Shown: one piece after another, positions 38,915-53,412 of the stretch
Layout: each line of letters begins with the position of its first letter
Numbering within the stretch: position 1 is the first letter of the stretch
Source of the DNA: Eledone cirrhosa
Taxonomy: Eukaryota
Reading direction: 5' to 3'
NCBI GenBank assembly: GCA_964016885.1
Contig: OZ024742.1
Span: 182,466,001 to 182,530,000, forward strand
Length of the DNA: 64,000 bases
The notes under the pieces: generated by a model
What the model was told of the DNA's origin: nothing
Seen by the model: the letters and a program-made list of their open reading frames with translations, nothing else
Database searches by the model: none
Position numbers and translations under genes: made by a program

Positions 38915-41680
38915 CCACCACTAACGCTGACACGACCACTATTCCCCTCAAACCTACCACTACCACAACTACAACCACCGCTACTACCACCACCACCACC
39001 ACCACTAACACTGACACCACCACTATTGCTCTCAAACCTACCACTGCCACAACTACAACCACCGCTACTACCACCACCACCACCACTAACACTGACACCA
39101 CCACTATTGCTCTCAAACCTACCACTGCCACAACTACAACCACCGCTACTACCACCACCACCACTAACACTGACACTACCACTATTCCCATCAAACCTAC
39201 CATACCACAACTACCATTACCACCACTACCACCACCACCATCACCACAATCAATACTACTTTAACTACCCCCTCACAATCACAACCACACTCACTCACAC
39301 CACTAGCAACAACACAATCACCACCAACACCACCACCGCTAACAACAACAACAACAACACAACCACCACCACCACCACCACCACCACCGCTAACAACAAC
39401 AACAACAACACAACCACCACGGCCACCACCACCACCACTAACAACAACAACAACACAACCACCACCACCACCACCACCACCACCACCGCTAACAACAACA
39501 ACAACAACACAATCACCACCACCACCACCGCTAACAACAACAACACAATCACCACCACCACCACCGCTAACAACAACAACACAATCACCACCACCACCAC
39601 CACCACCGCTAACAACAACAACCATCACCACCACCACTATCACCACCACTAACACTGACACCACCACTATTCCCATCAAACCTACCACTACCACAACTAC
39701 CATTACCACCACTACCACCACCACCACCATCACCACTAACACTGACACCACCACTATTCCCATCAAACCTACCACTACCACAACTACAACCACCGCTACT
39801 ACCTCCACCACCACCACTAACACTGACACCACCACTATTCCCATCAAACCAACCACTACCATTACCACCACTACCACCACCACCACTACCACCACTAACA
39901 CTGACACCACCACTATTCCCATCAAACCTACCACTACCACAACTACAACCACCGCTACCACCACCACCACCACCACTAACACTGACACCACTACTATTCC
40001 CCTCAAACCTACCACTACCACAACTACAACCGCCGCTACTACCACCACCACCACAAACACTGACACCACCACTATTCCCATCGAACCTACCACTACCACA
40101 ACTACAACCACCGCTACCACCACCATCACCACTAACACTGACACCACCACTATTCCCATCAAACCTATCACTACCACAACTACAACCACTGCTACCACCA
40201 CCACCACCACCACTAACACTGACACCACCACTATTCCCCTCAAACCTACCACTACCACAACTACAACCACTGCTACCACCACCACCACCACCACTAACAC
40301 TGACACCACCACTATTCCCCTCAAACCTACCACTACCACAACTACAACCGCCGCTACTACCACCACCACCACAAACACTGATACCACCACTATTCCCATC
40401 GAACCTACCACTACCACAACTACAACCACCGCTACCACCACCACCACCACCACTAACACTGACACCACCACTATTCCCATCAAACCTACCACTACCACAA
40501 CTACAACCACCACTACCACCTCCACCACCACCACTAACACTGACACCACCACTATTCACATCAAACCAACCACTACCATTACCACCACTACCACCGCTAC
40601 CACCACCACCACCACTAACACTGACACCACCACTATTCCCATCAAACCTACCACTATCACAACTACAACCAGCGCTACCACCACCACCACTAACACTGAC
40701 ACCACCACTATTCCCATCAAACCTACCACTACCACAATTACAACCACCGCTACCACCACCATCACCACTAAAACTGACACTACCACTATTCCCATCAAAC
40801 CTACCACTACCACAACTACAACCACCACTACCACCTCCACCACCACCACTAACACTGACACCACCACTATTCCCATCAAACCAACCACTACCATTACCAC
40901 CACTACCACCACCACCACCACCACCACTAACACTGACACCACCACTATTCCCATCAAACCTACCACTACCACAACTACAACCACCGCTACTACCTCCACC
41001 ACCACTAACACTGACACCACCACTATTCCCATCAAACCTACCACTACCACAACTACAACCACCGCTACCACCACCACCACCACCACTAACACTGACACCA
41101 CCACTATTCCCATCAAACCTACCACTACCACAACTACAACCACCGCTACTACCTCCACCACCACTATTCCCATCAAACCTACCACTACCACAACTACAAC
41201 CACCGCTACCACCACCACCACCACCACTAACACTGACACCACCACTATTCCCATCAAACCTACCACTACCACAACTACAACCACCGCTACTACCTCCACC
41301 ACCACTAACACTGACACCACCACTATTCCCATCAAACCTACCACTACCACAACTACAACCACCGCTACCACCACCACCACTAACACTGACACCACCACTA
41401 TTCCCATCAAACCTACCACTACCACAACTACAACCACCGCTACTACCACCATCACCACTAACACTGACACCACCACTATTCCCCTCAAACCTACCACTAC
41501 CACAACTACAACCACCGCTACCACCACCACCACCCCTACAAACACTGACACCACCACTATTCCCATCAAACCAACCACTACCACAACTACAACCACCGCT
41601 ACTACCACCATCACCACTAACACTGACACCACCACTATTCCCATCAAACCTACCACTACCACAACTACCATTACCACCAC
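38915..41680 (+). repeat. ~60-63 bp minisatellite array (CCACTAACACTGACACCACCACTATTCCCATCAAACCTACCACTACCACAACTACAACCACCGCTA..), interrupted by (ACC/AAC)n
   Basis: Dozens of units whose length varies by CCA triplets. Confidence 0.92.
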
Positions 41681-43140
41681 TACCACCACCACCACCACTA
41701 CTACCACCACCACTACCATCACTACCACCACTACCACCACCACCACTACCACCACTACCACTCACTATGACCACCACTACCACCACCACCACCACTACCA
41801 CCACCACCACTACCACCACCACCACCACTACCACTCACTACCACCACCATTAGCACCACCACTACTACCACCACCACCACCTCCACCACTACCACTCACT
41901 ACCACCACTCTACCACCACCACCACCACTACCACCACCACCACCACCACCACCACTACCACCACTACCACCACCACCACTACCACCACTACCACTCACTA
42001 CCACCACCACCACTACCACCACTACCCCCACCACTACTACCACCACCACCACTACCACCACCACCACTACCACTCACTACCACCACCACTACCATCACCA
42101 GCACTACCACCACCACCACCACTACCACTACCTACCATCACTACTACCACCACCACCACTACCACCACCACCACTACCACCACCGCTACTACCACCACCA
42201 CTACCACCACCACCACTACCACCACTACTACCACCACCACCACTACCACCACCACTACCACCACCACCACTACCACCACTACCACCACCACCACTACCAC
42301 CACCACCACTACCACCACCACCACTACCACCACCACCACTACCACCACCACCACTACCACCACCGCTACTACCACCACCACTACCACCACTACTACTACC
42401 ACCACCACTACCACCACCACCACTACCACCACCACCACCACCACCACTACCACCACCACCACTACCACCACCACCACTACCACCACCACCACTACCACCA
42501 CCGCCACTACCACCACCACTACCACCACCACCACTACCACCACTACCACCACCACCACTACCACCACCACCACCACCACTACCACCACCACCACTACCAC
42601 CACCACCACTACCACCACCACCACTACCACCACCACCACTACCACCACCACCACTACCACCACCACCACTACCACCACCACTACCACCACCACCACTACC
42701 ACCACCACCACTACCACCACTACCACCACCACCACCACCACCACCACTACCACCACCACCACTACCACCACCACCACTACCACCACCACCACTACCACCA
42801 CTACCACCACTACCACCACTACCACCACCACCACCACCACCAAAGCCACCACCATACAACAGCATCCCCACCACCATCATCGTCAACGTCATTATCATTA
42901 TCATCAACATCATCATCACCATCATCACCATCACCACCATCATCATCGACGTCATCATCACCATCATCATCGCCGTCATCATCAACATCATCACCATCAT
43001 CACCATCATCACCAACATCATCATCAACATCATCACCATCATCACCATCATCACCATCATCACCAACATCATCATCAACATCATCACCATCATCACCATC
43101 ATCACCATCATCATCAACGTCATCATCATTATCATCATTC
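41681..43140 (+). repeat. (CCA/CTA)n grading into (CAT/CAC)n compound microsatellite
   Basis: Direct inspection. Confidence 0.92.
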
Positions 43141-43237
43141 ATTTTATTTTTATTGTTCTTCTCTTTACTCCTACTGCTGCTTATTTAATCCCTTTCTTCC
43201 TCCCCCTCCTAGACATAAATCATTTATCAAAACATTT

Positions 43238-43548
43238 TCTTCCCACCACTCCCCCCTCTTTCCTCACTCCCTCCTTGCTCTTTCTTCCCACCACTCCCCC
43301 TCTTTCCTCACTCCCTCCTTGCTCTTTCTTTACACCACACCCCCTCTTTCCTCACTCCCTCCTTGTTCTTTCTTCCCACCACTCCCCCCTCTTTCCTCAC
43401 TCCCTCTTTGCTCTTTCTTTACACCACTCCCCCCTCTTTCCTCACTCCCTCTTTGCTCTTTCTTCCCACCACTCCCCCCTCTTTCCTCACTCCCTCTTTG
43501 CTCTTTCTTTACACCACTCCCCCCTCTTTCCTCACTCCCTCCTTGCTC
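43238..43548 (+). repeat. ~44 bp pyrimidine-rich tandem repeat, about 7 units with alternating variants
   Basis: CTCTTTCCTCACTCCCTC(C/T)TTGCTCTTTCTT(CC/TA)CACCACTCCCC repeated. Confidence 0.9.
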
Positions 43549-44089
43549 CCTCTCAATCACACTTTTTCTTTATTCTTCTGAATGTTATTATTACCATTAT
43601 TATCGTGTAGCTGTTATCGTTGTTATTGTAGTTATTTTTATAATTATTATTATAATTATTGATATTGTTTTTATTAATATTATTGTTGTTGTTATTATTA
43701 CGTATTATTATGATGTTTATTGTTGCAGTAGTACTAGTTGTTGTTGTTGTTATTGTAATATTATTGTCGTTGTTGTTTCTTATTATTTATCATTATTGCA
43801 AAACACCAGCACCCTTCGTAATAACACATTGAATGTCTTCAGTTTACTACGTGGTGATCAATAAGCGAGAACTTCCTTCTAACTAACTACCTCCCTCTCT
43901 ACCTCTCTACATCAGATTTCTACCTACCTATCCCCCCACACCAAGTTGGTAAGGAGATTTGATAAAATTTGAAATATGTATCATGGTGTTATAAAACACA
44001 GATGTAATTAATATAACATAATATAAATCATGAAAAATATTTAGGGTTTCCCCCGCCCCATCACACGAGCAGTTTTATGGGAGGGCCAA

Positions 44090-44452
44090 ACAGTCGATTA
44101 TATAGATCTCAGTATTTTACTGGTACTTTATTTTATCGGCCCAGGAAATCCCGAAAATGTCTAAGACAATGATGATGTCGGAGGGATTTGAAAGCTGAAC
44201 GTAAAATCCCGGAAAAAATACGGCAAAGCATTCTATCAGATGTTCCAGTGACTAATAATTGTCTGTACTTTTGGCACAAGGCCAGCAATTATCCCAGTGC
44301 ATTACTGGTACTTTATTTTATCGACCCCGTAAGGATGAAAGGTAAAGTTAACCTCGGTGGGATTTGAACTCAGATCATAAAGGGCCGTAACTCTATGCTG
44401 CAGAGCATAGCGTCCAACCTTCTACCGATACTGCCACTAATAATAATAATAA
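44090..44452 (-). mobile_element. Two Nin-like SINE copies (one well preserved at 44265-44437)
   Basis: Reverse complement of the family consensus. Other copies at ~865-950, 21278-21375(-), 26089-26186(-), 45225-45365(-), 49195-49410(-), 49740-49860, 55630-55830 and 59778-59883(-). Confidence 0.8.
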
Positions 44453-44454
44453 TT

Positions 44455-45222
44455 TCTAAGCGACAGTTTTAATATTCAGAACTGGACACTAAAACATCTA
44501 GCAAGAATAGACAGAAAAACAAAAAGAACAAAATACACCATTCAAAATCATCTGAAGAAAGATTATACTTATCACGAATTCAAAGAGGAAGGGGCCTTAT
44601 ACAACTAGAAACACATTATAAAATAACTACTCTAAGAATACAAAGATATATAATGAAGAACAAAGAAAAATTAATGCCAAAAGCCACGAAACATGGACAA
44701 AACAAACAATTGTTTTCTGTCTTCACAGAAGCCAACAGATTCAAAATAGAAGTTCGATTGAGAGATAAGTGTGAGGTAAATGAAAATTAAGATGAAACAG
44801 AAATTGAGAAAAATATAAAATCTAAATAACCTCCAGAATATCATGCTAAAGTGATGACAAGAAAAAGCCCTTACATGGCGAATACAGGGAAAATATGAAC
44901 AGAGCAGTATACAAGGGAAAGTCACAAAACTGGCTAAGAAACACTGAACAAAAAGCCGAGACACAAGGATTCCTAGTCACAGCACAAGATCAAAGCATCT
45001 CCATCAGAAATCACCGCAAGAACACACACAATGAAGCGAAACAGAGTAAGTAACTGCAGCATATCTAAAGGTGTGGAAGAAACAATTACCCACATTGTCT
45101 ATGACTGCGTAGTCATAACCAAAAAGGAATATATCCAGACATGATAGGGTTGGAATATGCATACACTGGAAGATAGGCCAACATCCGAAAATACCAACAG
45201 AAAAAGGTACAGACACATACCA
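44455..45222 (+). mobile_element. Degraded R4/Dong-like (RLE) non-LTR fragment
   Basis: RLY....GRGL..LE..YK, TQGFLVTAQDQ, ETITHIV..C and RHDRVGICIHWKI motifs, preceded by (TAA)n. Confidence 0.65.
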
Positions 45223-45384
45223 GTGTTTACTGGTACTTTATTTTATCGACCCCGTAAGGATGAAAGGCAAATCTAACATCGGCAGGAGTTGAACTCAGAA
45301 TATAAAAGGTCGTAATTCTATGCTACGAAGCATGGAGTCCCATACTCTACCGATAATGCCAATTCATGGCCTTTAGACTAATAT

Positions 45385-45419
45385 TAATAATGATTTCATT
45401 TATTGGCCACAAGGGCCGA
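45385..45419 (-). mobile_element. Isolated Tx1 3' terminus in (ATT)n context
   Basis: Reverse complement TCGGCCCTTGTGGCCAATAAATGAAATCATTATTA matches the end of the large element exactly. Related ends occur at ~18165-18200 (+) and ~58681-58730 (-). Confidence 0.75.
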
Positions 45420-45922
45420 ACTAATATTAATAATAAAAGCAACAACAATGATAATAATCTCTCAATTTGTCTTAATAAGGTGATATTTTAAAACAAATAA
45501 GGTTCCAAACGATAATGAGGAAATATTTCCCATTCACGTATTACACTGGCTTCAAGAACAATGGTTGTCTCTACATGAAATTAACAAGTGTCAATCGCAA
45601 CAATAACTATAACAACAACGTGTGTCAATGGCTAATGGACGTCAGCATGCGTGCTGATGTCCATTTCTTCTCGTAATGGGGCTTATATGACCTATTATCA
45701 GATTATATATATGAATATGCACACACACACACATATATATATATATATACATACGTATGTGTACATATATATGTGCGTGTGCGTGTGCGTGTGTGTCTAC
45801 ACACACACACACATAGACACACACACACACACCCACACACACACATACATATATACATACGTATGTGTACATATATATATATGTGCGTGTGCGTGTGTGT
45901 CTACACACACACACACACATAG

Positions 45923-45954
<32 letters not shown>

Positions 45955-48022
45955 ACACATATACATATATATATATATATATATACTACGTAGTGATTGG
46001 ATGTCGAAATGGGAGTACACAGTTTCGACACCTACTGACAGTAATACTGGTCCATTGGAGAATTTGGGGCCACAGTGTCTAAGAAGAGAGTATTCTAGAA
46101 AACGAAAACAAAGCAGATAATACGTGGAATCATATGACGCGTACAGAAACAGATACACAACACGTATATATATCGACTGTTTCTTTCATATATATATATA
46201 TATATGCGAGTCTGGATTTTATCCCACTGTCTGGCAACATGTGCAAGTCTCTCCTGGTGTAGCTTCACGTTATCAAACATCTTGAGAGTGGAATTTGCCA
46301 AACAGAAAGCGTGTGTGGAGAGAGAGACAGAGAGGGAGGGTGGGGGGGTGATTGAAAGAGAGGGAAAGAGAAAAAGAAGAGACGGAGAGGGAAGGAGGGA
46401 AACTGAGCAAGAAACAGAGAAAGAGAGAGAGAGGGGGATAAATAGTTATAGATAAACAATAATCTCTCTCCTTACACTGCACGCTTTTATAGATGACTAG
46501 TTTTTGTTGTCTCCCGGATTTTCAAATTTGTTGTATATGGGATACTGAAGTATGCGGCATTTGAGTAATTAGTTAAGGCTACCTTAACGGCAGAATGATT
46601 GATGAAGAACAAGTCTTCTAGAGAAAGACAATCTTGGCTATAGAGTGATAACACATTTTTAGTCTTCTCTTTTATTTTGAATTATTTCTCTTAAACTATA
46701 AGGCCTTATGTTTCAACATGGTTGCCTTCTGTTAGCTATTTTCAAAATGGCTGATATACACTTCAAAGAAAATTAATACAGTTTCATTTTTTTTTTCACT
46801 TCAAAGGCCAGTTTGAAAGTACATGGCAATTGTTTGACCAGTTAGAGAGTATGTTATCAGATTTAAATCATCTGCTTATCAGAAATTTAATTTCCTAGAA
46901 GCTAAAATATGTTACTAAAACCAAATCAAACTAGGAAATCAGTAAATCGATAAACATTTTTTACTAGCAACTGACGTTGTCAGTCTCGGAACGGTTTATA
47001 TAATGTATCGATGTCGTTATAGCAGTAAGTGATACTGTTCACTTCGAATACTTAACTACATTGCTTAGAACTATTTAGACTACATATTAAAACAGTAAAT
47101 CCTACCATTTTGTCTATACGATAGGCTTGGACGTAGTGTGGTACACGATACCATAATATTTCACATGTTACTCTGCTAAATCATATCTGTCATTTGATGC
47201 TATATAATAGCATATCGTGTCATTGTACATTATACCACATCATGTCACTCGGTAGTAGTCTATAATATAACATATCATATCAATCTATTATGATGATTTG
47301 ATTTAAGACGATAATAAATACTGTGTGAAGGCACCTAATAAATAAAAATTATGAGCCTGGAATATCCGGAATACGTTATCATGATACCTAAATTGATATT
47401 TTCTTCTGGTGAGGTTTTCAAAGCATTATCTTTACCACGGTTACTATATTAATGCGTGAAATTAAGTGCACATTTCTGCTTCTCACTTACAACCTGGTTA
47501 GCTTTTCGCTAGCTTCCTCTCTCTCTCTAGCAAACAAAGATTATTTGAATCCCATTGCTATAGATGCTCGGTCGTGCATGATATTCGATTGCTGTTAAAT
47601 ACGTTCTCTCCTAGCTGAAACTAGTGAATTGGAGAAATGTAGATAGACATCAGAACAGACAACGTTGCTTTAAGATTGAGTATTCTAAACGGCAAGAAAG
47701 TCAAATACATCTAGGCGATAATATTAGGATGTGAACTAACATTGATATAATCGTTTAAATGTTTTCCGTAAAGATTTAATTCTTTTCTTCACCTCACTGA
47801 TGGATATAATACGTATAATATTTTTTTTATTTTTTTCTGAGATTTTTATGTTGAATTAATACTTGAAAGTGTCTTAATATCTAATCATTTATTAGTTTCT
47901 AATTGTTTTTTAATGAATTACATTCAATAAGAATCGATATATGTTTGTTCGCTATGCCTGAAGCTAAATCAAATTTCTTCCAATTTGTCTTCTCCAGAAC
48001 TGTTAGCCCCTGGAATCCCCCC

Positions 48023-48060
<38 letters not shown>

Positions 48061-48267
48061 ACGCACACACAAGACCGACATATTGAGGCTCAAAGTCAAC
48101 ATCATCCTCAATAATGACACCAGTCTGGGAATGTGATCTCCAAAGGTCATACGTACAGCCACTTCCTCCCTTCCTCCAACGGCTGTTGTATATTTACAAA
48201 GAAAGTTCCTACACAAAGTGTATTCAGAACAAGTCTTCCTATAATGAATTTAGTGATGGAAATAGAA

Positions 48268-48343
<76 letters not shown>

Positions 48344-48353
48344 CGTGTGTGTT

Positions 48354-48399
<46 letters not shown>

Positions 48400-50230
48400 G
48401 TATATATGTACCGGTGGACTTGCATGTTTGTGTATTCTTGTGCACACACACACACATATGTATATATATATATATATATTTATATAAACTATCCGAAACT
48501 ATATATAATGATCCCCAGGAGACAGCCGATGAGTGGGCCCATATGCTTTTCTCTTCTGAGTATTCTGCTTCCCTTATATGCTACACGTTTTTATATCATA
48601 TATATGTATGTATATGTGTAATTACATAGATGTGTGTGTGTGTCTGCGTCAGTATGTATTTGTGTTCGTGTTAGTTTGTGTTAGTATTTCTGCATCTACG
48701 TGTATATGTACTGTGGAGTTGTGAATTGTGTCTGATACCTCATAAAAATATTATTTTAACATGTGGTTATAACATATGAGTTTATTAAACCATTGATTCA
48801 AGCTATTCCTATATATAGAAATAGAGAGAAAGTGACGTCCGAACGAATATCCTCCACCTTCAACTAACTTACCCACGATTCTGGATCATTGAATTAGAAT
48901 GAAGAGTTTTAATTCTAAAGATTATTTCCATTAACTTATTTTGCCTGATGTTAGAGAATCTTTATATAAACTACATCACCATCGTTTGGGATTGTATCTG
49001 AACTCATTTCTGTTTCATTTTAAGTTTCTTCTCCCAGGATCTTATTTCCTTTATATATACATGGTGTATACATGATGTATAATCCTTAGATTACACTCGA
49101 CAAGAGAGCAAAAAAGGGACGAAAAGAAATAAAAAACTATTCCCTTGTGACAAAATCACTGAAACACAAAAACATACAATGTGAGCTGCCTGGTTAATTG
49201 TTTCAAATCTTAGGATCAGGGCCAGCAATTTGTAGGTAAAGGGAAAATCGATTAAATCGACCGCAATACTTGACTGATACTATATGTTATCAAAGAATGA
49301 AAGGCAAAGTTGACCTCGGCGCGATTGGAAACCATAAAATCGATGGCCGTAAACAAATACTTTATTGCATTTCTCTCGACACACTAACAAATCTGCCAAT
49401 CCATCGCCCTTGCCTGATTAATTAATCGAAGCAGAATAATCTAAGCCGGACGACACTGAGGAAACATCGAGGGAAAAAATGCTGTAGCAAGGAAAACGGC
49501 CTTTCTAACCAGGTAAAGAGATACGTGTCACCCCTGTAAAATACTGGGAGATGGGAAACAGGCGAGATCGAAAGAATTAAGACAATAGGAAGCATAGAAG
49601 AGTGAAAATGTGGAAAGTGAGAGCGATAGAAACGTAAAAGAAAGTGTTTACAGTAACCATGTAGCGTTAATGCAATAAGATAATATCTGGCATAACTGCC
49701 GCAGGGACCAGTCCATGTAGACTGGTGACTACCCGATACCAACTTTGCCTTTCCGGAGTTGATAAAATAAAGTAGCTACGTATTGGAGTCGATATAATCG
49801 ACTTCCTCTTCGTACCAAAATTGGTACTCTTATGCCCGAATTAGCAACCATTATTATTCTTATCACGCCCCAGAACACTGGGTGTTTTAATTAATGCTTG
49901 TAAATGTAAATTCTCCGTCAGACCCATCATATATTTGTAAGTTTATTTTTTCTGTGTATAATTGATAAGATATTTTTGTCTTCTTTTTTGTTGATTTTAA
50001 CATGGGAATTCGAGAAGCGATTAACAAAGGAGGGGTATCAATCGTCATAGGCAGTGAATAAGCTCTTAGAGGTAGATAGATTCAGATATATTCAAATAGA
50101 AAGAGAGGGAGAGAGGCGAGAGAGAAGAGGAAAGAGGGAGGAAGAGAGAGAGATGACAGTTTTAAAATGTTGTAATAGAATGACGTTGTTCTGGGGCGAG
50201 CGAGAGAGAAAGAGAGAGTGCGAAAGAAGG

Positions 50231-50329
<99 letters not shown>

Positions 50330-50959
50330 TTGAGATGGTGGCGATGATCGACTCAAATGACGTTTAATACACACGTTCAATATTCTGATTGACTGCATAG
50401 CTATAACTGGAGAGGGTGTGGATTAGGTTACACCACATACGCACATAGAACTGCACACATACACGAGAGAGAAGTGAGAGGTGGGGATAGTGAGAGAGAG
50501 AGTCGGGGTGGGAGGAAGCTAAGGAAATGAGGAAGAGCTCAAATTACAGCTCATACAATACGTTCAATATTCTATTGACTCCATGGCTGTAACAGAAGTG
50601 TGGATGGGTTAGGTCAAGGCACATATTCACATGCACACATTCACACATACTGTACCTATACACATGTATACAAGGAGGAGAGGGTAAAATAAGGGGAGAT
50701 AAAGAGAAAGTGTGAATGAGGGCGAGAGAGGAAGAGATATGTGAGATATGTTTTCAGCTTCGCTGGAGGCTGGGCTCAGATTATGAAAGGTTTCAAATAG
50801 GATATTGAAATATCTGACTGAGTTGTTGCCCTAGGTAACATACATTATGAGAATGTATAATTTAGCTAACCGCGCGCGTGCGTACGCACACATTTATGTA
50901 TCATATACTATACTTATATTTATATGATATATATTGTAATTATATTATATATTATACTG

Positions 50960-51030
<71 letters not shown>

Positions 51031-51071
51031 TTATACTATATTTTATATATATATATATATATATATGTATA

Positions 51072-52021
51072 CTAGCAGTGTATCCCGGCGTTGCACGGGT
51101 AAGAACATTGGCCTATTGGAGTAAATGTGAAAGAGAAAGTCACAGGTTAAGTAGGCAGAAGGTTCCAGTGTCATAGCAGTTAAGGCGTAGGCTACTTATC
51201 TCAAAAGTTCATTCGCACACCTTCCACTAAGTTACTCTTTCTCTCTATCCCTCTCGGTGCAGTCCCTTTCGAATTTCTCGCGTAGACCTGGTGTGGATTT
51301 GCACCCGATCTATCTACCCGATGCACATGTCCGCTTTGTACGGCTTTTGGAGGAAGGAGTGACCAGCAGTACGTTGTTCGGTATTATTACGAGAAGGGGT
51401 AGCAGAGAATCCCGCGTGAACTAACAGCTTGGGAGGAAACTGCTTACCTCGAAGATTCATTTGCCATCGTTCTTGTCAATGTTGGTATTTGTTGGTCTAC
51501 AGTTAGATGAATGGCGCATAAAGGATTAATTTTTATTGGCAAGAAGTGCAACTGGGCTGGCTTGTCTCGCTTATATTATATATTAAAATAACAGATTAAA
51601 GTTTAAGCAAAGAATCGCTGCTTTCACCCTTAACGGGATCTTCTGAAACTAAAAAAATCAATCTGTGAACGTTGCAACCGAAGGAAAACAGGAAGACGAT
51701 ACTTTGGTTCGGGAAGACGTTCCCTGGCAATGAACGGAAAACAGCGAACATAATACGTCATCAATGTTCGTCAGAATGTCGTAATGCAGACAGCCAGGCA
51801 TACAGACAGATATTATAAGAGCGCAACGGAGATGGATAACCGACGCCTAACACCCCTTTAACAACAGAAAATTGAAAAGTAAAAGCTGCAGTTAATATCT
51901 TTAGACCGCAAGGAATATATAAATGCAAGTTTGAAGTCAATCGGAGTAGAAATATGGATTTGTACAGACTTTGCAAAAATGAGGACACACACACAGACAA
52001 CTACAGTTTTATATATATAGA
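51072..52021 (-). mobile_element. Non-autonomous Helitron
   Basis: Minus strand begins A|TCTATATATATAAAAC and ends with hairpin CCCGTGCAACGCCGGG, a spacer and CTAG|T. Inserted between A and T with no TSD. Confidence 0.8.
51591..51666 (-). ncRNA. Family A hammerhead (CAGAAGA core) inside the Helitron
   Basis: Core and stems I-III identical to 53313-53363. Confidence 0.65.
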
Positions 52022-52104
52022 TAGTTGATATAAATAAGCACTTTTAAGTTCTCCACACAGGATTCATTTCTCTCTATACCTCTGGATATATATATATATA
52101 TATA

Positions 52105-53390
52105 TTAATAATAATAAATTTCAAGACTAAAATCCAAAGAGGGCTCGATAAGGATAAATATATATCAAATATATAAGAACCGTAGAGCAAATATTTATTA
52201 AAATAACAGATTAAAGTTTAAGCAAAGAATCGCTGCTTTCACCCTTAACGGGATGGGTGTTACAGACCACATCTTAAACAAAAAATCTGGAGCAATTTCG
52301 GCTTGTAAACATAAATTGCACAAAACTTTCCTGTATTACAGCCCCACGTTATACCCTAATGGATAGTACGATCTATACGTGGATATTTTACGTCTTGATG
52401 TGGGAGCTAAGTATATGTTTTGTTTATACCATTACTTATTTGCATAGGTAAGTATATTTACCCGTATGTTTCGTGAAGGTACGTATACCTTCTTGTATGT
52501 ATATTTGATTGTTTATGTTATGGCGTATAAACTTTTTTTATATTTTTTTTATTCTGGTACTTATAGTTTGGCTATGTGTATACGGGAGTTTTGCGTCTGT
52601 GTGAGTATGCAGGTTCGTACGTATGTAAGGTGTGTGTATATGTGTACTTCATGTTTTGGTTGACTTTCGTCTCCGAACATTCGTGTATTTACATGTAGGT
52701 ATGTGTGTGCGCTTGTTATTTACGTATTTATTTATTTATATACGTTTATATAATTATTTATTTATTTGTATACACGCATGCACACACACACATATTTATA
52801 TGTGTGTGGTTTTGTATACCTATGGTAAGGTTTTGCGTATGCTTGTGTATGTACGTATTTGTTTGCGTGTATGTATTTATTTATTTCTATTACTTCTGTA
52901 TTGTATTTATTTACTTTGTTCTTAACTCTGTAGCGGAGATTCATTTGGTCTCCTAGTTAGAATTTAGTCTACGACTTCTGCTATACCATTTACGTGGTTT
53001 TGTCTTTGCGTGCTATTGTTCTCCACGCTCCACATATGACGTATTATCTTCGTTTTTTTCGTTCATTGCCAGAGAACGTCTCTATGCACCACCTAAGAGA
53101 ACATTAGTCTACGACCTCTTTTATACCATAAACGTGGTTCTGTCTTTGCGCGTAATTGTTTTTCACCGCTCCTATTAATGACGTATCTTATTCGTTTTTT
53201 CCCGTTCTTTGCCAGCGAACGTTACCACGAACCAAAGTATCGTCTTCCTGTCTTCCTCCGGTTGCAACGTTTTTTGAAATATCCAGTTCTGCGTTTACAG
53301 ATTGACTTTGTTAGTTTCAGAAGATCCCGTTAAGGGTGAAAGCAGCGATTCTTTGCTTAAACTTTAATCTGTTATTTTAATAAATATATA
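52105..53390 (+). mobile_element. Penelope-like remnant with inverted partial pLTR and family A hammerhead
   Basis: 52190-52254 is inverted relative to 53325-53388. Peptide ending TLYPNG at ~52255-52365 resembles a PLE GIY-YIG terminus. Internal ~140 bp subrepeats at 52960-53225. Confidence 0.5.
53297..53372 (+). ncRNA. Family A hammerhead (CAGAAGA core) with full stem III
   Basis: AGTTT-CAGAAGA-T-CCC(GTTAA)GGG-T-GAAA-GCA(GCGATTCTT)TGC-TT|AAACT, with outer ACAGATTGA/TTAATCTGT pairing. Confidence 0.68.
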
Positions 53391-53412
53391 TATATTATTA
53401 TTATTATTATTG

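Noticed and set aside
39640-41680. CRISPR-like regular repeats
   Set aside because: No unique spacers, no cas genes, eukaryotic context. It is a minisatellite.
39197-43142. Long poly-Val and Gly/Ser-rich minus-strand ORFs up to 741 aa
   Set aside because: Open in several frames only because the repeat is triplet-phased, with no non-repetitive domain or splice evidence.
45990-46090. Hammerhead-like GTCGAAACTGTGTA on the minus strand
   Set aside because: No CTGANGA-like core or stem I found upstream.
48075-48185. Possible minus-strand host exon reading VIIEDDVDFEP (glycosyltransferase-25-like)
   Set aside because: Short motif, weak splice donor and no partner exons seen. It needs a BLASTX or RNA-seq check before any call.
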